Source: Chloropicon primus
Taxonomy: Eukaryota
Assembly: GCA_023205875.1 (NCBI GenBank)
Contig: CP060755.1
Location: 1,116,001-1,180,000, forward strand
DNA: 64,000 nucleotides
Direction of reading: 5' to 3'
Numbering within the stretch: position 1 is the first letter of the stretch; each line of letters begins with the position of its first letter. The position numbers were made by a program, and so were the translations under genes. Below, piece by piece: positions 42,691 to 53,841 of the stretch. The notes beneath the pieces are model-generated. The model saw only the letters and a program-made list of their open reading frames with translations, was not told where the DNA came from and did not search any database.

Positions 42691-43490
42691 TCATCTTCTC
42701 CTTTCCACCTCCTTTCCTCCTCCTCCTCCTCCCTCGGACTCCACCACCTTGACCCCAATCGCCATGTTGTACCTCTCCTCCCCCTCCTCGCTCGGGTTCT
42801 GAATCACGTACAGGGTGTTGCTGTTCTGCCTGGACAGGGCGGCCTCCGCCGGCTCCCCCCCGCTGCGCGGTTCCACCGCCCTGGGGTCCACCGCCCCCCC
42901 CACCTGGGTCACGTGCTGGCACAGAGCGCACCTCACGCTCGTGGCCCCTGGCTGGTACATCAAGTGCGTGTTGCAGCCCTGGCACCTGGAAAAGTCGCGG
43001 TCGGTCGTCAGCGAGAGCCCTTCAAGCTTTCCTCTCTCTCTCTCTCTCTCTCTTCTTCTTCTTCTTCTTCTTCCTCCTTACCTGCAGTTGGCCATGGTGT
43101 TCTGCGGTGTCAGCTGGTTGACGGTCGTGCACACCGCGCAGCGCACGCTCGCCGCCCCCGTCGGGTAGGCGAGGACGGTGCGGCACCCCCCGCAAATCAG
43201 GTGCGAGGTGGACGCACCTGAGAACACAGCAACACCACGCGAAGAAGACTTGTCAGCGAAGAAAGGGCAAACTCGGACACCGAGAGAGATGGGACGCGTG
43301 TGTGTTCCTCCTCACCTTGCGGCTGCTGCTGACCACCACCCTGGCGCGGCTGCTGGTGCTGCTGGTGCTGCTGGGGAATCACCGGCGTTATCTGGGAACA
43401 AAGGACGCATCGCACGACCTGAGCCCCCGCCGGGAACCTGAGAAGCGTGCTGCAACCTATGCACACCACCTCGCGGGTCTGCGTGCTCAT
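42691..43490 (-). CDS. LSD1-type zinc-finger protein (3 zf-LSD1), 201 aa; exons 43490-43316, 43217-43082, 42985-42691
   Basis: Three CxxC..L.(F/Y)P.GA..VRC..C fingers (CIGC/CVLC, CGGC/CAVC, CQGC/CALC); C-term YVIQNP...NMAIGV resembles the plant LSD1 tail; GT-AG phases consistent. Confidence 0.88.
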
Positions 43491-44205
43491 GACTCGAGTA
43501 GTAGTACCACCAAAACCAATACGCCCTTCTGGGGGTTCAAAGTCTTCCCCTCTCCCTCAAGTCGTCGTCGTCGTCGTCGTCGTCGTCCTCCTCCTCCTCC
43601 TCCCTCCTCCGAGACGGACGAGAGCTTAATCTAATCTGAAAAACGAGACTATCGTACAATCGAAGGACCCATAATTCCCCTCCCTGGAAAAGAAACGTCT
43701 TTCGTAGTCCCAGCAGATCGAGAGAGAGAGAGGCCACACCCAGCTCAGCAAGACTTTATCACATGCTGCGTGCCAAGGTCGCGCCTTGCCTCTCCACCGG
43801 CGTGAAGGTGTGACCCCTCTCTCTCTCTTGGATCCCCAAGATCGCTCTCTCTCTCTCTCCACCAGAGGTGAACCTCCTTCAAGAAGAAGAGAAGACTCCT
43901 GCTTCCCGGGACTCCTCCCCCCCACACCCACCCACCTGTCCCTCCCTCCTCTCCCCTCCCCTCCTCTCCTCTCCATCTGCTTCCCCGCTCGGCCCGCGCG
44001 CCTCCCTCCGTCCGACTCACCTCCTCCCCTCCTCCAGGTCTCTCCCTGTGCAGATTCCATCTTAGCATTTTTGAGGCTCTGCGATCCATCCAATTCATCG
44101 AGCGGCTGGGAGCAGCAGCAGCAGACCAAGTCTTCGCCCTGGTTTGCGACAGACGGAAGGACAACAAGCGGAGAGCAACAGCAACTCAACGTGTTGAATG
44201 AGAGG

Positions 44206-45480
44206 ATGAAGACGGCAGCGTGGAGACCGAGCAAAATGATGACGACGACGACGACGAAGGGTGCCGCCCTGGCCCGCGGCGCGACGACGGCGACGACGAC
44301 GCTGGCCCGCAGCACGACCAGCAGCAGCGTTTCTGCTGGTGCCAAGGGGAGCGGCGTGGCGTGCAGGGCGAGCGGGAAGGGGAAGTTCGGCGCGAGCGCC
44401 GCGGTGAGCGTGACCCCGGCGTCGACCGCCGTGGAGCAGGAGAACGAGGTCGGCACGATGACCTTCACGACGTGGCTGCTGAAGCAGGAGATGAAGGGAA
44501 ACGTGACGAACGAGATGGCCGTGGTGCTGAACTCCATCGCGTTGGCGTGCAAGCAGATCAGCTCCCTGGTCACGAGGGCGGGGCTCCAGGGCATGACGGG
44601 CCTCGCGGGAGAGCAGAACGTCCAGGGCGAGGACCAGAAGAAGCTCGACGTCATCTCGAACGACATCTTCTCCGATTGCCTGAAGAACTGCGGCAGGACC
44701 GGAACCATCGCCAGCGAGGAGGAGGAGGTCCCTATCGCGGTGGAGCAGACCTTCAGCGGTGACTACGTGGTGTGCTTCGACCCCCTGGACGGGAGCTCCA
44801 ACATCGACGCGGGGATCTCCGTGGGCAGCATCTTCGGAATCTTCGAGCCGAACGAGGAGTGCAACTTGGAGGGGAAGAACATCGTGACGGAGAGCACGGA
44901 CGGGGATGACTTGGACATCTCCCAGCAGGAGTCCCTCCTCCACTGCTGCAGGCCGGGCAAGGACCTCCTCTCCGCTGGGTACGTCATGTACAGCTCCTCC
45001 ACCGTCCTGGTCCTGTCCGTGGGTGACGGAGTCTACGGCTTCACCCTCGACACCCTGATCGGCGACTTTGTCTTGTCCCACAACAACATCAAGATTCCAG
45101 AGTCCGGCAAGATCTACTCGTTCAACGAGGGAAACATGAAGGGCTGGTCCGACGGGCTCAAGAACTACATGGACTTCGTGAAGGACGGAGAGAAGCCGTA
45201 CTCCTCGAGGTACATCGGCAGCCTCGTCGGCGACTTCCACAGAACCATGCTCTACGGCGGTGTCTACGGGTACCCAGGGGACGTGAGGAACAAGAACGGA
45301 AAGCTCAGGCTCCTTTACGAGTGCGCCCCAATGAGCTTCTTGGCCGAGCAGGCCGGAGGAAAGGGATCCACCGGAACCTGCAGAGTTCTCGACATTGTTC
45401 CTGACCAGGTCCACCAGAGGTGCCCGCTTTTCATCGGAAGCACGAAGGAGGTTGAGATCATCGAGAAGTTCCTTTCCTAA
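44206..45480 (+). CDS. Chloroplast fructose-1,6-bisphosphatase
   Basis: NVQGEDQKKLDVISN, FDPLDGSSNID, RYIGSLVGDFHRTMLYGG, GKLRLLYECAPM; transit peptide; redox insertion loop. Confidence 0.95.
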   Translation: MKTAAWRPSKMMTTTTTKGAALARGATTATTTLARSTTSSSVSAGAKGSGVACRASGKGKFGASAAVSVTPASTAVEQENEVGTMTFTTWLLKQEMKGNVTNEMAVVLNSIALACKQISSLVTRAGLQGMTGLAGEQNVQGEDQKKLDVISNDIFSDCLKNCGRTGTIASEEEEVPIAVEQTFSGDYVVCFDPLDGSSNIDAGISVGSIFGIFEPNEECNLEGKNIVTESTDGDDLDISQQESLLHCCRPGKDLLSAGYVMYSSSTVLVLSVGDGVYGFTLDTLIGDFVLSHNNIKIPESGKIYSFNEGNMKGWSDGLKNYMDFVKDGEKPYSSRYIGSLVGDFHRTMLYGGVYGYPGDVRNKNGKLRLLYECAPMSFLAEQAGGKGSTGTCRVLDIVPDQVHQRCPLFIGSTKEVEIIEKFLS

Positions 45481-45706
45481 TTTTTACCAATAAGATACCA
45501 ACAAACAAACAAAACAAAACAATGTAACACATCATCACAAAATTCGCTTGACAACAACAACACAACAAGGATGGACTTCCTTCCTTCCTCTTCCTTCTTA
45601 ATAATTCTCCTAAACTTCCTCCCACCCCCTCCTCCTCCTTGTGTCGATCGATCGATCGATCATCGAGATCCTCCTCAACCTCTCTCTCATCCACGAATTG
45701 ACGACG

Positions 45707-46042
45707 ATGGCGAGGGCGATCAGGATGGCGATCAGGAAGAGGGCGAGGCCTGGTGGGTACGGGTCGAAGGCATCGTCCTCGACGAGGAGATCCCCCCCTT
45801 CTCGGCGGCGGTCCCCGACCCCCGCAGCTCCAGCGGTTGGCGTGTCGACTTCCTCGGGTGGTTGTGGGGGGCCAGCAGCAGGGAGGAGGTCTCTGAGACG
45901 GAACCCGTTCACGGCGCGAGCGAGTCGCAGCCAGGGATCGCAGGTGCAGGAGGCCGCGAGTGCGGACGTGTCCGTCATCTACGAGCGCTTCGTCAAGGTA
46001 AGGTTTGCTTTGGCGGCCTCTGGACGTTGCTCCCCGTCTCTG

Positions 46043-46086
<44 letters not shown>

Positions 46087-48047
46087 TCTCATTCCTCCGA
46101 CGCTAACACGGGCACACACACTTTCTTCTTCTTCTTCTTCTTCTTCTGGAACCCCCCCTCCAAAACCAAAAAAAAAAGCTGGCCAAGCCGTACTGGACGA
46201 AAGAGAGCAACGAGAATGCGAGGCAGGCCCAACTGATGCTTGCGGGGGTGTTCGCCCTGACCCTGGGCTGCACGGGCGTGAGCGTCCTGTTCAACTTCCT
46301 GGGGAGAGACTTCTACAACGCCCTGGCGGAGAAGAACGTCGATGGGTTCTGGCACCAAATGCAGGTGTACCTGGCGACCATTCCCTGCGTCATACCCGTT
46401 TTCGTGTTCCGGGACTACTTCAGCTCGAAACTCCAGCTGCAGTGGCGAAAGTGGATGACCCAGAACCTGACGAGGGAGTACTTTGACAAGAGGAGGTACT
46501 ACAAGCTGCAGGGGGAGAGAATCGTGGACAATCCGGACCAGCGCCTGTCGGCGGACGTGAACGCCTTCACAGACACCGCCCTCGGGTTCTCTCTTACCAT
46601 CTTGAACTGCGTGGTGGACTTGGTGTCCTTCAGCAACATCCTCTACTCGATTTACCCACCTCTCTTTGGGGTGCTCATCGTGTATGCCATCGGGGGAACC
46701 GCGATCAGCTTGCAGATAGGAAAGCCGCTGGTGGAGATCAACTTCAAGCAGGAGAAGACGGAGGCGGACTTCAGGTACAGTCTCATCAGGATACGCGACA
46801 ACGCGGAGAGCATCGCCTTCTTTCGGGGGGAGAGGAAGGAGGTGGAGATGCTAGACAACAGGCTCCAGGTGGCCTTGGACAACGCTCTCAGGGGGATCGT
46901 CAAGTCCAGGGACCTGTCCTTCTTCCAGTCGTTCTACAAGTACATCATCACCCTCCTTCCTGCGGCTGTGATTGCGCCCCTCTTCTTCAGGGGCGAGATA
47001 GAGTTCGGGGTCATCAACCAGAGCTCCTCTGCTTTCAGCCACATCCTCACGGACGTTTCCCTGGTCGTCTTTCAGTTCGAGTCCCTGGCAGGGTTCTCGG
47101 CCACCATCGATCGACTGGGTCAGTTCGTGGAAGCCCTGGAGGAGTCGGAGGACCACCACCACCACCACCAAGAGATGATGATGTCGGAGGAGTCCGCTCC
47201 TGCTGGCGAGAAAACGGAAGAGGTGCTCAAGCCAAAACAGGTGATACAACTCCGACAGGCCTCAGATGATAAGTCACACACCATCCTGAGCGTGGAGGAC
47301 CTCTCCCTGCAGACCCCAGACGGGGAGAGCAAGCTGACTGAGCACTTGAACTTGAGCGTGCAGAAGGGCGACTCCTTGCTCGTGATCGGGCGATCGGGAG
47401 TCGGGAAGACGTCCGTGCTGAGGGCCATCGCAGGGCTGTGGAACGTGGGAGAAGGCACAGTGACGAACTACCGCAGCAGGACCACCCCTGGCGGCGGCGG
47501 GGAGGCCAACCGCGGGCGGGAAGATTTGGACGTCTTTTTCCTCCCCCAAAGACCTTACATGGTTCTGGGCACGCTGAGGGACCAACTTTTGTATCCGTTC
47601 AACGATTCAGAGAGCGCCAGCGCGCGGCACACGGACGAGGACTTGAGCAAGATCTTGCAGGACGTCCTGCTGGGAGACCTCTTGGATCGGTGCGAACTGG
47701 AGACGGAGCCAGAATCGGAGTCCTGTGGGCTTGATGCCGACATGGACTGGTCCAGCTGCCTGTCCCTAGGGGAGCAGCAGAGGCTTGCGTTTGCCCGTCT
47801 TCTCGTGAACAAGCCGAATTTGGCGATCCTCGACGAGTCCACGAGTGCCCTGGACGTGCAAAGCGAGGAGAAGATGTACGAGCTCCTGAAACGCTTCGGG
47901 ATTTCTTACCTGAGCGTGGGGCACAGGCCCACGCTGTTGAAGTACCACAAACAAGTTTTGCAGCTGAAGAGGGAAGGGGAGGAGTATTCCGCGGCTCTGA
48001 TGGAGTCTAGTGAGATGGACATGGAAACGTACTTGCTCAGTTCATAA
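45707..48047 (+). CDS. ABC transporter D family half-transporter, probably plastid (ABCD2-like); exons 45707-45997, 46179-48047
   Basis: DNPDQRL, EADFRYSLIRIRDNAESIAF, Walker A GRSGVGKTS, LPQRPYM, LSLGEQQRLAFAR, LDESTSALD; transit-like exon 1 joins FVK|LAKPYW. Confidence 0.9.
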
Positions 48048-48097
48048 TGCTCTTTAGCGTGTCTTGTTATTTGTTGATATATGATGTACTGTAATCT

Positions 48098-49936
48098 TTA
48101 AGACGTCACAGCGAATTTGCTGCTCAGGTCCTTGGCCATGATGCCGCTCTTGAAGGGTTCCCACTTCGTGTCCTTTATGAGCGCGACCAAATCGTCCACG
48201 ATCTGAAAGGTTGCTTCCGGCCTTCCAAGACCCAGAGCCTTCTTGCGCATTTTCCTGAGTCCTCCTCTAAACCAAGCCAGGACCGTCGACGCCACCTCGT
48301 CCGGCTCGTTGCTGTAGTCCCCAACCCCGTTGTCGATCACCCAAGGGATGTTCCCGGCTTCCTGGCAAGGGATGAAGTTGTTGAGCATGATGGGCAGCCC
48401 GCAAGCCAGGGACTCCGCTATCGTACCCGGCCCCGCCTTTGTGATGATGCAATCCGACGCCGACATCCACTCGTGCATATTCGAAACGAAGCCCAGCACA
48501 ACGACGTTCGAAGACCACTTTCTCTTTTGAAGCGACTTGACCAATTTCTTGTTCCTCCCGCAGATCACGATGATTTGGCCTTCGCCCCCCTCGAATCTAT
48601 TGTCTAACGCCACGCACGTTTCCTCCACGGGCCCCATACCATCGCCTCCCCCCACGATGAGCACCGTGTTCAGGCCCCTCTTGATCCCCAGCCTCTGCCT
48701 CAGTCTGCTCTTGTTGGACGAAAGCATGGAGAATGCCGGCCTGATCGGCAAGCCGTGCATGACCAGCTGGCTCGAAGTCAACCCCCGCCTCTCCCCGAAC
48801 TCCCTGGTCTCCACGGTGGGAACGAAGCACTTGTCGACGCCCTTGTCAAACCAAGTGGCGTGGCAAGTGGTGTAGTCCGTCACCACGGTCGCGAAAGGAA
48901 TCCTTCTGGGTTCGTGCTGCTGCACTCGGAGGGCCTTGAGAGCCGCGAGGGACGGAACCTGGAGCAAAGGGTGCACCGAAACCACGAGGTCCGGGCTCGT
49001 CTGCAGGAAGAGCTTCTTCAGGTTGTCCACCAGTCCCACCTTGTACCAAGCGAACCCGACCCTCTCTCCCCACTTCGTGCTGCTCCACGCGAAAGCGCCC
49101 CTCCACAAGAAGGGGTGCTTCACCATGAAATCGTAGTACATGTCGCTCTTATTGAACGGCGGGGCGCACAGCGGCAGAACGTCGAGCATGGTCACCTCAA
49201 GATTCCTCCCGTAGTTCAACTCGAAGGCGTCCTTGAGGGCCTGCGCGCTCGCCTTGTGCCCGCCTCCGGTCGTCTTGTAAAGGATGAGGACTTTCATGGG
49301 CGCCTCCGCCGAGAATGCGGAGGGCTTGCCAGAGTCCACGAACTCCTGGAGGTCGAACTGCAAGCCCCCGTCGTTCGACCCGAACTGTTTGTTGATTCGA
49401 GCGAGCAAGTAATCTGTCAGTCCTTTGTTCCGGGTGGTTCGGGAGAAAATCGAGAGACCGAGAGACCGAGAGACCGGCTGGCCTTACCCCTATTCCCGCG
49501 CCGATGGAGAGGCTCGCGCCCCTTCCAAGGCTGACTCTCCCGAGCTGGCCGCTGATCCGGGCGAAAACCTTGTGCCTGAAGCCAGACCCCAACGCAGTCG
49601 TCGTCGTCTTCGCGGCCTTCTTCTTCAAGGCGTGGCTCGACGTCGTCGCCTCCCCGAAAGAGACCGTCGCCCCTGCAAGCGAGCAAGCACGTCGTCGTCG
49701 TCGTCGTCCAACAGACGCGGGCACGACGCAGAGGGAGGGAGGGAGAAGAGACAAGACGAGACGAGACAGCAGCGTCAGCGTCAGCCTTACGGCGCGAAGC
49801 GAACGAGCAGAGCCACAAAAAAAATCCTGGAAGCCAAACCACCGTTTCCCCCTCGCCCTTGGCCGAAACCTTCCTTACCTCTCTGCACGCCCTGCACCGT
49901 TCCCCATACCGTCGAGGAAGACCCCTCCACCACCAT
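48098..49936 (-). CDS. MGD1: Monogalactosyldiacylglycerol synthase; exons 49936-49879, 49672-49488, 49384-48098
   Basis: TGGGHKASA, SVHPLLQ, TVVTD..TCHATWF, GLPIRPAF, GGGDGMG, ITKAGPGTIAE, IPCQEAGN; introns with CTGAC branch points. Confidence 0.9.
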
Positions 49937-50317
49937 CGTGGTTCCGTTCACTCTCTCGGAGCGTCGCGGTCGTCGCTCCTCCGCTCGGGCACCTTCTCTG
50001 CAAGTCGCCTCTCGCCCCTCCTTTGATCCTGAAAAGCAATTAATAAAGGAAGTTGTTCTGGCCGACGGACCAATCAAAGAGCAAGATCTGGATAAAGGGG
50101 AGGCTCAGGGGGGCGGGCCGTCGCGGTGGTGGTGGCGGATGATCCTCCCGTTCCTTGCCCTCTCTTGCTTTTGATGTGGTTGATTCAGAAAATTTACAGG
50201 GGAAAAACCCCGAACACAATGTGCGCGGTTTTACTTATTTACTCACACACTCAAAGACACCCACGCACTTCTCTCTCTCTCTCTCAGCACCCCGTCGTCG
50301 ACCTCCCGTCGCTTCGT

Positions 50318-51700
50318 TCACTCGGTGCCGCCGAACCAGTGGCCCATCTTGTTGACCTTGGTCATGATGTACTTTTTGTTCTCCTTGTTGATGGGGGTGA
50401 GGAGGGGGACCCTCTTGGTGATCGTCAGCCCGTAGCCGCTGAGGCCCGTGTACTTTGCGGGGTTGTTCGTCATCAGCTTGAGCCTCCTCACGCCCACGTC
50501 CCTGAGCATGTGGGCCCCCATGCCGTACTCCCTGGAGTCGACGGGCAGGCCGAGGTCCTCGTTGGCCTCCACGGTGTCCCTCCCGGCGTCCTGCAGGTTG
50601 TAGGCCCGGAGCTTGTGGCCGAGGCCGATTCCCCTGCCCTCCTGGCCCCTGAGGTACACCACCACCCCGCAGCCAGCCTGCGCGACCTTCTCCAGGGCCT
50701 TGTGGAGCTGCGGCCCGCAATCGCACCGGAGGCTCCCCATGATGTCCCCGGTCAGGCACTCCGAGTGGACCCTGACCAGGACGTCCTCCTCGCTGTTCTG
50801 CACGTCCCCGTAGACCAGGGCGATGTGCTCGATGTCGTCGATCTTGGACCTGTAGCTGTACGCCTCGAACACCCCGAACTTGGTGGGCATCCTCGCCACC
50901 GCCACGCGCTCGACCAGGGACTCGTAGTAGCTCCTGTACCGGATGAGGTCCGATATGGTGATCGTGCACAGGCCGTTCTCCTTGGCGAAGGCGAGGAGCT
51001 GGTCCCGGCGGGACATGGTGCCGTCCGCGTTGACGATCTCGCACAGGACTCCGGCCGGGAAGCAGCCCGCCAGGCGCGCCAGGTCCACGGCGGCCTCGGT
51101 GTGCCCCGCCCTCTTCAGGACCCCGCCCTCCCTGTACCGCAGCGGGAACACGTGCCCGGGCCTCCTGAAGTCCTCCGGCTTGGACCCGGGGGAGGCCAGG
51201 GCCTGGATGGTCGAGCTCCTGTCCTCGGCCGAGATCCCGGTGCTGGTCCCCGCCTTCAGGTCCACGGACACCGTGAACGCGGTCCCCATCGAGTCGCTGT
51301 TGTTCCTGTCCTCCACCATGGGCGGAATATCGAGCCTGTCGAGGTCCTTCCCCTCCATCCCCACGCAGATGAGCCCGCTCGTGTGGTTCACCATGAACGC
51401 GCAAGACTCGCTCGTCATCTTCTCGGCCGCGATGATGAGGTCGCCCTCGTTCTCCCTGTCCTCGTCGTCCAGCACGACCACGAACTTCCCCTTGGCTATG
51501 TCGTGGATGGCGTCCTGGATGGAGTCGAACCCCGGCGTCGGCTTGAACAGCTCGCTGTCCTCCTGCTCCTGGAAGCTGTCTGAGACGTCGACCTCCGCGG
51601 CGGAGACCTCCACGCCGTTCTCTCTCAGCGAGGCCCCGCACCTCGGCGCCCGAACCCTCCTCGCGTAGACCACTCGGCCGTGGGCCAAACCCATCGACAT
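50318..51700 (-). CDS. RIBA: Bifunctional DHBP synthase / GTP cyclohydrolase II (riboflavin synthesis)
   Basis: DDEDRENEGD, RPGHVFPL, RAGHTEA, RVHSECLTGD, RCDCG, QEGRGIGL, LMTNNPAK. Confidence 0.95.
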   Translation of the reverse strand: MSMGLAHGRVVYARRVRAPRCGASLRENGVEVSAAEVDVSDSFQEQEDSELFKPTPGFDSIQDAIHDIAKGKFVVVLDDEDRENEGDLIIAAEKMTSESCAFMVNHTSGLICVGMEGKDLDRLDIPPMVEDRNNSDSMGTAFTVSVDLKAGTSTGISAEDRSSTIQALASPGSKPEDFRRPGHVFPLRYREGGVLKRAGHTEAAVDLARLAGCFPAGVLCEIVNADGTMSRRDQLLAFAKENGLCTITISDLIRYRSYYESLVERVAVARMPTKFGVFEAYSYRSKIDDIEHIALVYGDVQNSEEDVLVRVHSECLTGDIMGSLRCDCGPQLHKALEKVAQAGCGVVVYLRGQEGRGIGLGHKLRAYNLQDAGRDTVEANEDLGLPVDSREYGMGAHMLRDVGVRRLKLMTNNPAKYTGLSGYGLTITKRVPLLTPINKENKKYIMTKVNKMGHWFGGTE

Positions 51701-52344
51701 CGTCGTCGTCGTCGTCGTCGTCGTCGTCCTCCTCCTCCTCCTCTCCGCAACTTGCCTCACCACCCTCGCGTGTCCTCTGCACGAAGCGCCACAGGCGCGT
51801 CCTCTTCCCTCCATGCCAGTCAGACACCCGAAAACAAAACGCCTAAAGTCCCTGCTTCTCCCGACTCCTCGCTCTCTCCGACTCCGACACGCTCTCCTCT
51901 CGCTGCACCGCAACCCCCGCAACTCCCTCCGCGCCCGTCCAGTGTGGCACCCACCGAAAGCTCGCGAGTCAACCTTTCGTCCCACGCCACTCCCTCCCCA
52001 GAAGCTGCCCCGTCTCCCACCTGGTTTTGTTCCTCGTCCTCGTCCTCGTCCTCGTCGTCCCTGCTCGTCCTGTCGCCACTGAGTGTGCAGACCGAAAGCC
52101 AAAGATGCGGCTGAGAAAGTTCACCGAAGATAAGAAGAAGAGGAGGTGTAAATGAGTGTACACTATAAAACGAACCCAGGAAGGAAAAAAAAGAAAAAAA
52201 CGTTTTGGCTTGGCTTGGCTGACAGAGGCCGGACGAGGCTTTGCGCTGCGCTTGATAGTCTAGGCTCCGGACCCGAGGACGGGGGCGTGGGGTAGGGGTT
52301 CGCTCGGCACGAGGGAGGGGTTTCGTTGCGCTTTTGGTGGCGAC

Positions 52345-53769
52345 ATGTGGACCAGCAAGGTCGGCGCGGGTTCTGGCCTCAAGGGGAGGGTGGGGGTGGC
52401 CTCCTCCTGGGCGCGAGGGGGGCGGGGCGGTGCTGGAGGCGAGGGGGGTGGGGCGGGGGCCGCCCGGGGCCCTCGGGCGGAATTCGGGGCGGAGAGGAGG
52501 CGGACCCAGCTCAGGGGGTGCGACGCGCGCGCCCTGCTTTCGAGCGACCGGAACGGGGGCGGGGGCGTGGAGGGGGACAGCGGGAGCGGCCTCCCGACGA
52601 ATCCCACGTGGCAGGAGGTGGCGAGGCTCGCCTCGGAGGGCGCGGACGACTTCTCCCTGCTGCGGAGGAAGGGCCGCCTGAAGGAGCAGGACCACCTGAT
52701 CGACTTCATGATCGACATGCACAAGACGCACACGACCCTGGAGGTCATGGAGAAGGTCCAGACGTGGATCAAGGGGCACAAGAGGGACAAGAAGAACAGC
52801 AAGCTGAAGAAGCTGGTTCCCCAGATCGGGGCCTTCCGCACGGAGCTCGACCTGGTCAGGGCCCTCATGGAGTACGACGGGCACTCCTCTCTCATGGAGA
52901 GGCAGTTCGTCCCCCCCAACTTCGCGGAGATTCGGCACATCCTGAACCTGTCCCAGATCCACGCGTCCGCCCCGAGCCTGAAGCTCGCGACCTTCGACGC
53001 GGACGGGACGCTGTACGACGACGGGAAGCACTTCACGAGGGACAGCTCCATGATCAGCCTGATTCTCGGCCTCCTGTCGAACGAGGTGAACGTGGCCATC
53101 ATCACGGCGGCGGGGTACCCCGGCCAGGTCGGCCGGTACGAGGAGAGGCTCGAGGGGCTCCTGGAGGTCTTCAAGGAGCTGGAGGTGCCCAAGGAGGTCC
53201 TGGACCGCTTCTACATCATGGGCGGGGAGTGCAACTACCTGCTGAAGATCGACGAGAACTACAAGCTTTATTTCATCCCGAGGAGCGAGTGGGCGTCCTG
53301 CGCCATGATGTGGGACGAGTCCGAGATCGAGGCGCTCCTGGACAGGGCTCAGGCCGTCCTCCTGAACACGGCGTCCAAGCTCAACGTCGAGGTGAACCTG
53401 GTCAGGAAGGAGAGGGCCGTCGGGGTGAGCCCAGTGAACCCGTCCGTCTACGAGGTCCTGGAGGAGCTCGCGCTCACCGCGCAGTACGAGCTCCAGGGAG
53501 TCTCCAGCGTCCCGTTCTGCGCCTTCAACGGCGGGGCCGACTGCTTCGTGGACGTCGGCAACAAGGGGCTCGGGCTGGAGGCCCTCCTCTCGTACATCGG
53601 CTGCAGCACGGAGACCGTCCTGCACTTTGGCGACAGGTTCACGGACACCGGAAACGATGCGATCACCAAGAGGAGGTTCTCCACCATCTGGGTCGCGAAC
53701 CCAAGGGAGACGACCTGGTTCATCAAGAGGATCCTCAAGGACTTGGACGACAAGACGACAATATTTTAA
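52345..53769 (+). CDS. ISN1: IMP-specific 5'-nucleotidase 1 (HAD fold) with N-terminal extension
   Basis: PPNFAEIRHILN, TFDADGTLYDDG, TAAGYP, MGGECNYL, CAFNGG.D.FVDVGNK, LHFGDRF. Confidence 0.9.
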   Translation: MWTSKVGAGSGLKGRVGVASSWARGGRGGAGGEGGGAGAARGPRAEFGAERRRTQLRGCDARALLSSDRNGGGGVEGDSGSGLPTNPTWQEVARLASEGADDFSLLRRKGRLKEQDHLIDFMIDMHKTHTTLEVMEKVQTWIKGHKRDKKNSKLKKLVPQIGAFRTELDLVRALMEYDGHSSLMERQFVPPNFAEIRHILNLSQIHASAPSLKLATFDADGTLYDDGKHFTRDSSMISLILGLLSNEVNVAIITAAGYPGQVGRYEERLEGLLEVFKELEVPKEVLDRFYIMGGECNYLLKIDENYKLYFIPRSEWASCAMMWDESEIEALLDRAQAVLLNTASKLNVEVNLVRKERAVGVSPVNPSVYEVLEELALTAQYELQGVSSVPFCAFNGGADCFVDVGNKGLGLEALLSYIGCSTETVLHFGDRFTDTGNDAITKRRFSTIWVANPRETTWFIKRILKDLDDKTTIF

Positions 53770-53841
53770 ACGACACACAGGCAAAAAAAATGTACGTACA
53801 TAGATACGCGCGCTTAGACTCAACACACCCAAGCGCACTAG

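Larger units (their letters stand above)
37659..42904. repeat. Tandem array of ~990-bp units (tRNA-Ala + 91-bp sub-repeats + LSD1 3' fragment)
   Basis: Units begin tattgaaaattcgaac at 37659, 38950, 39939, 40931, 41916; the last four are near-identical (989, 992, 985, 989 bp); the first is longer and scrambled. Confidence 0.95.

Noticed and set aside
39164..42802. Short repeated ORFs (MTSCSCPF..., MAPSPKLQ...) in the array
   Set aside because: By-products of the repeats; the protein-like signal is on the opposite strand and frameshifted.
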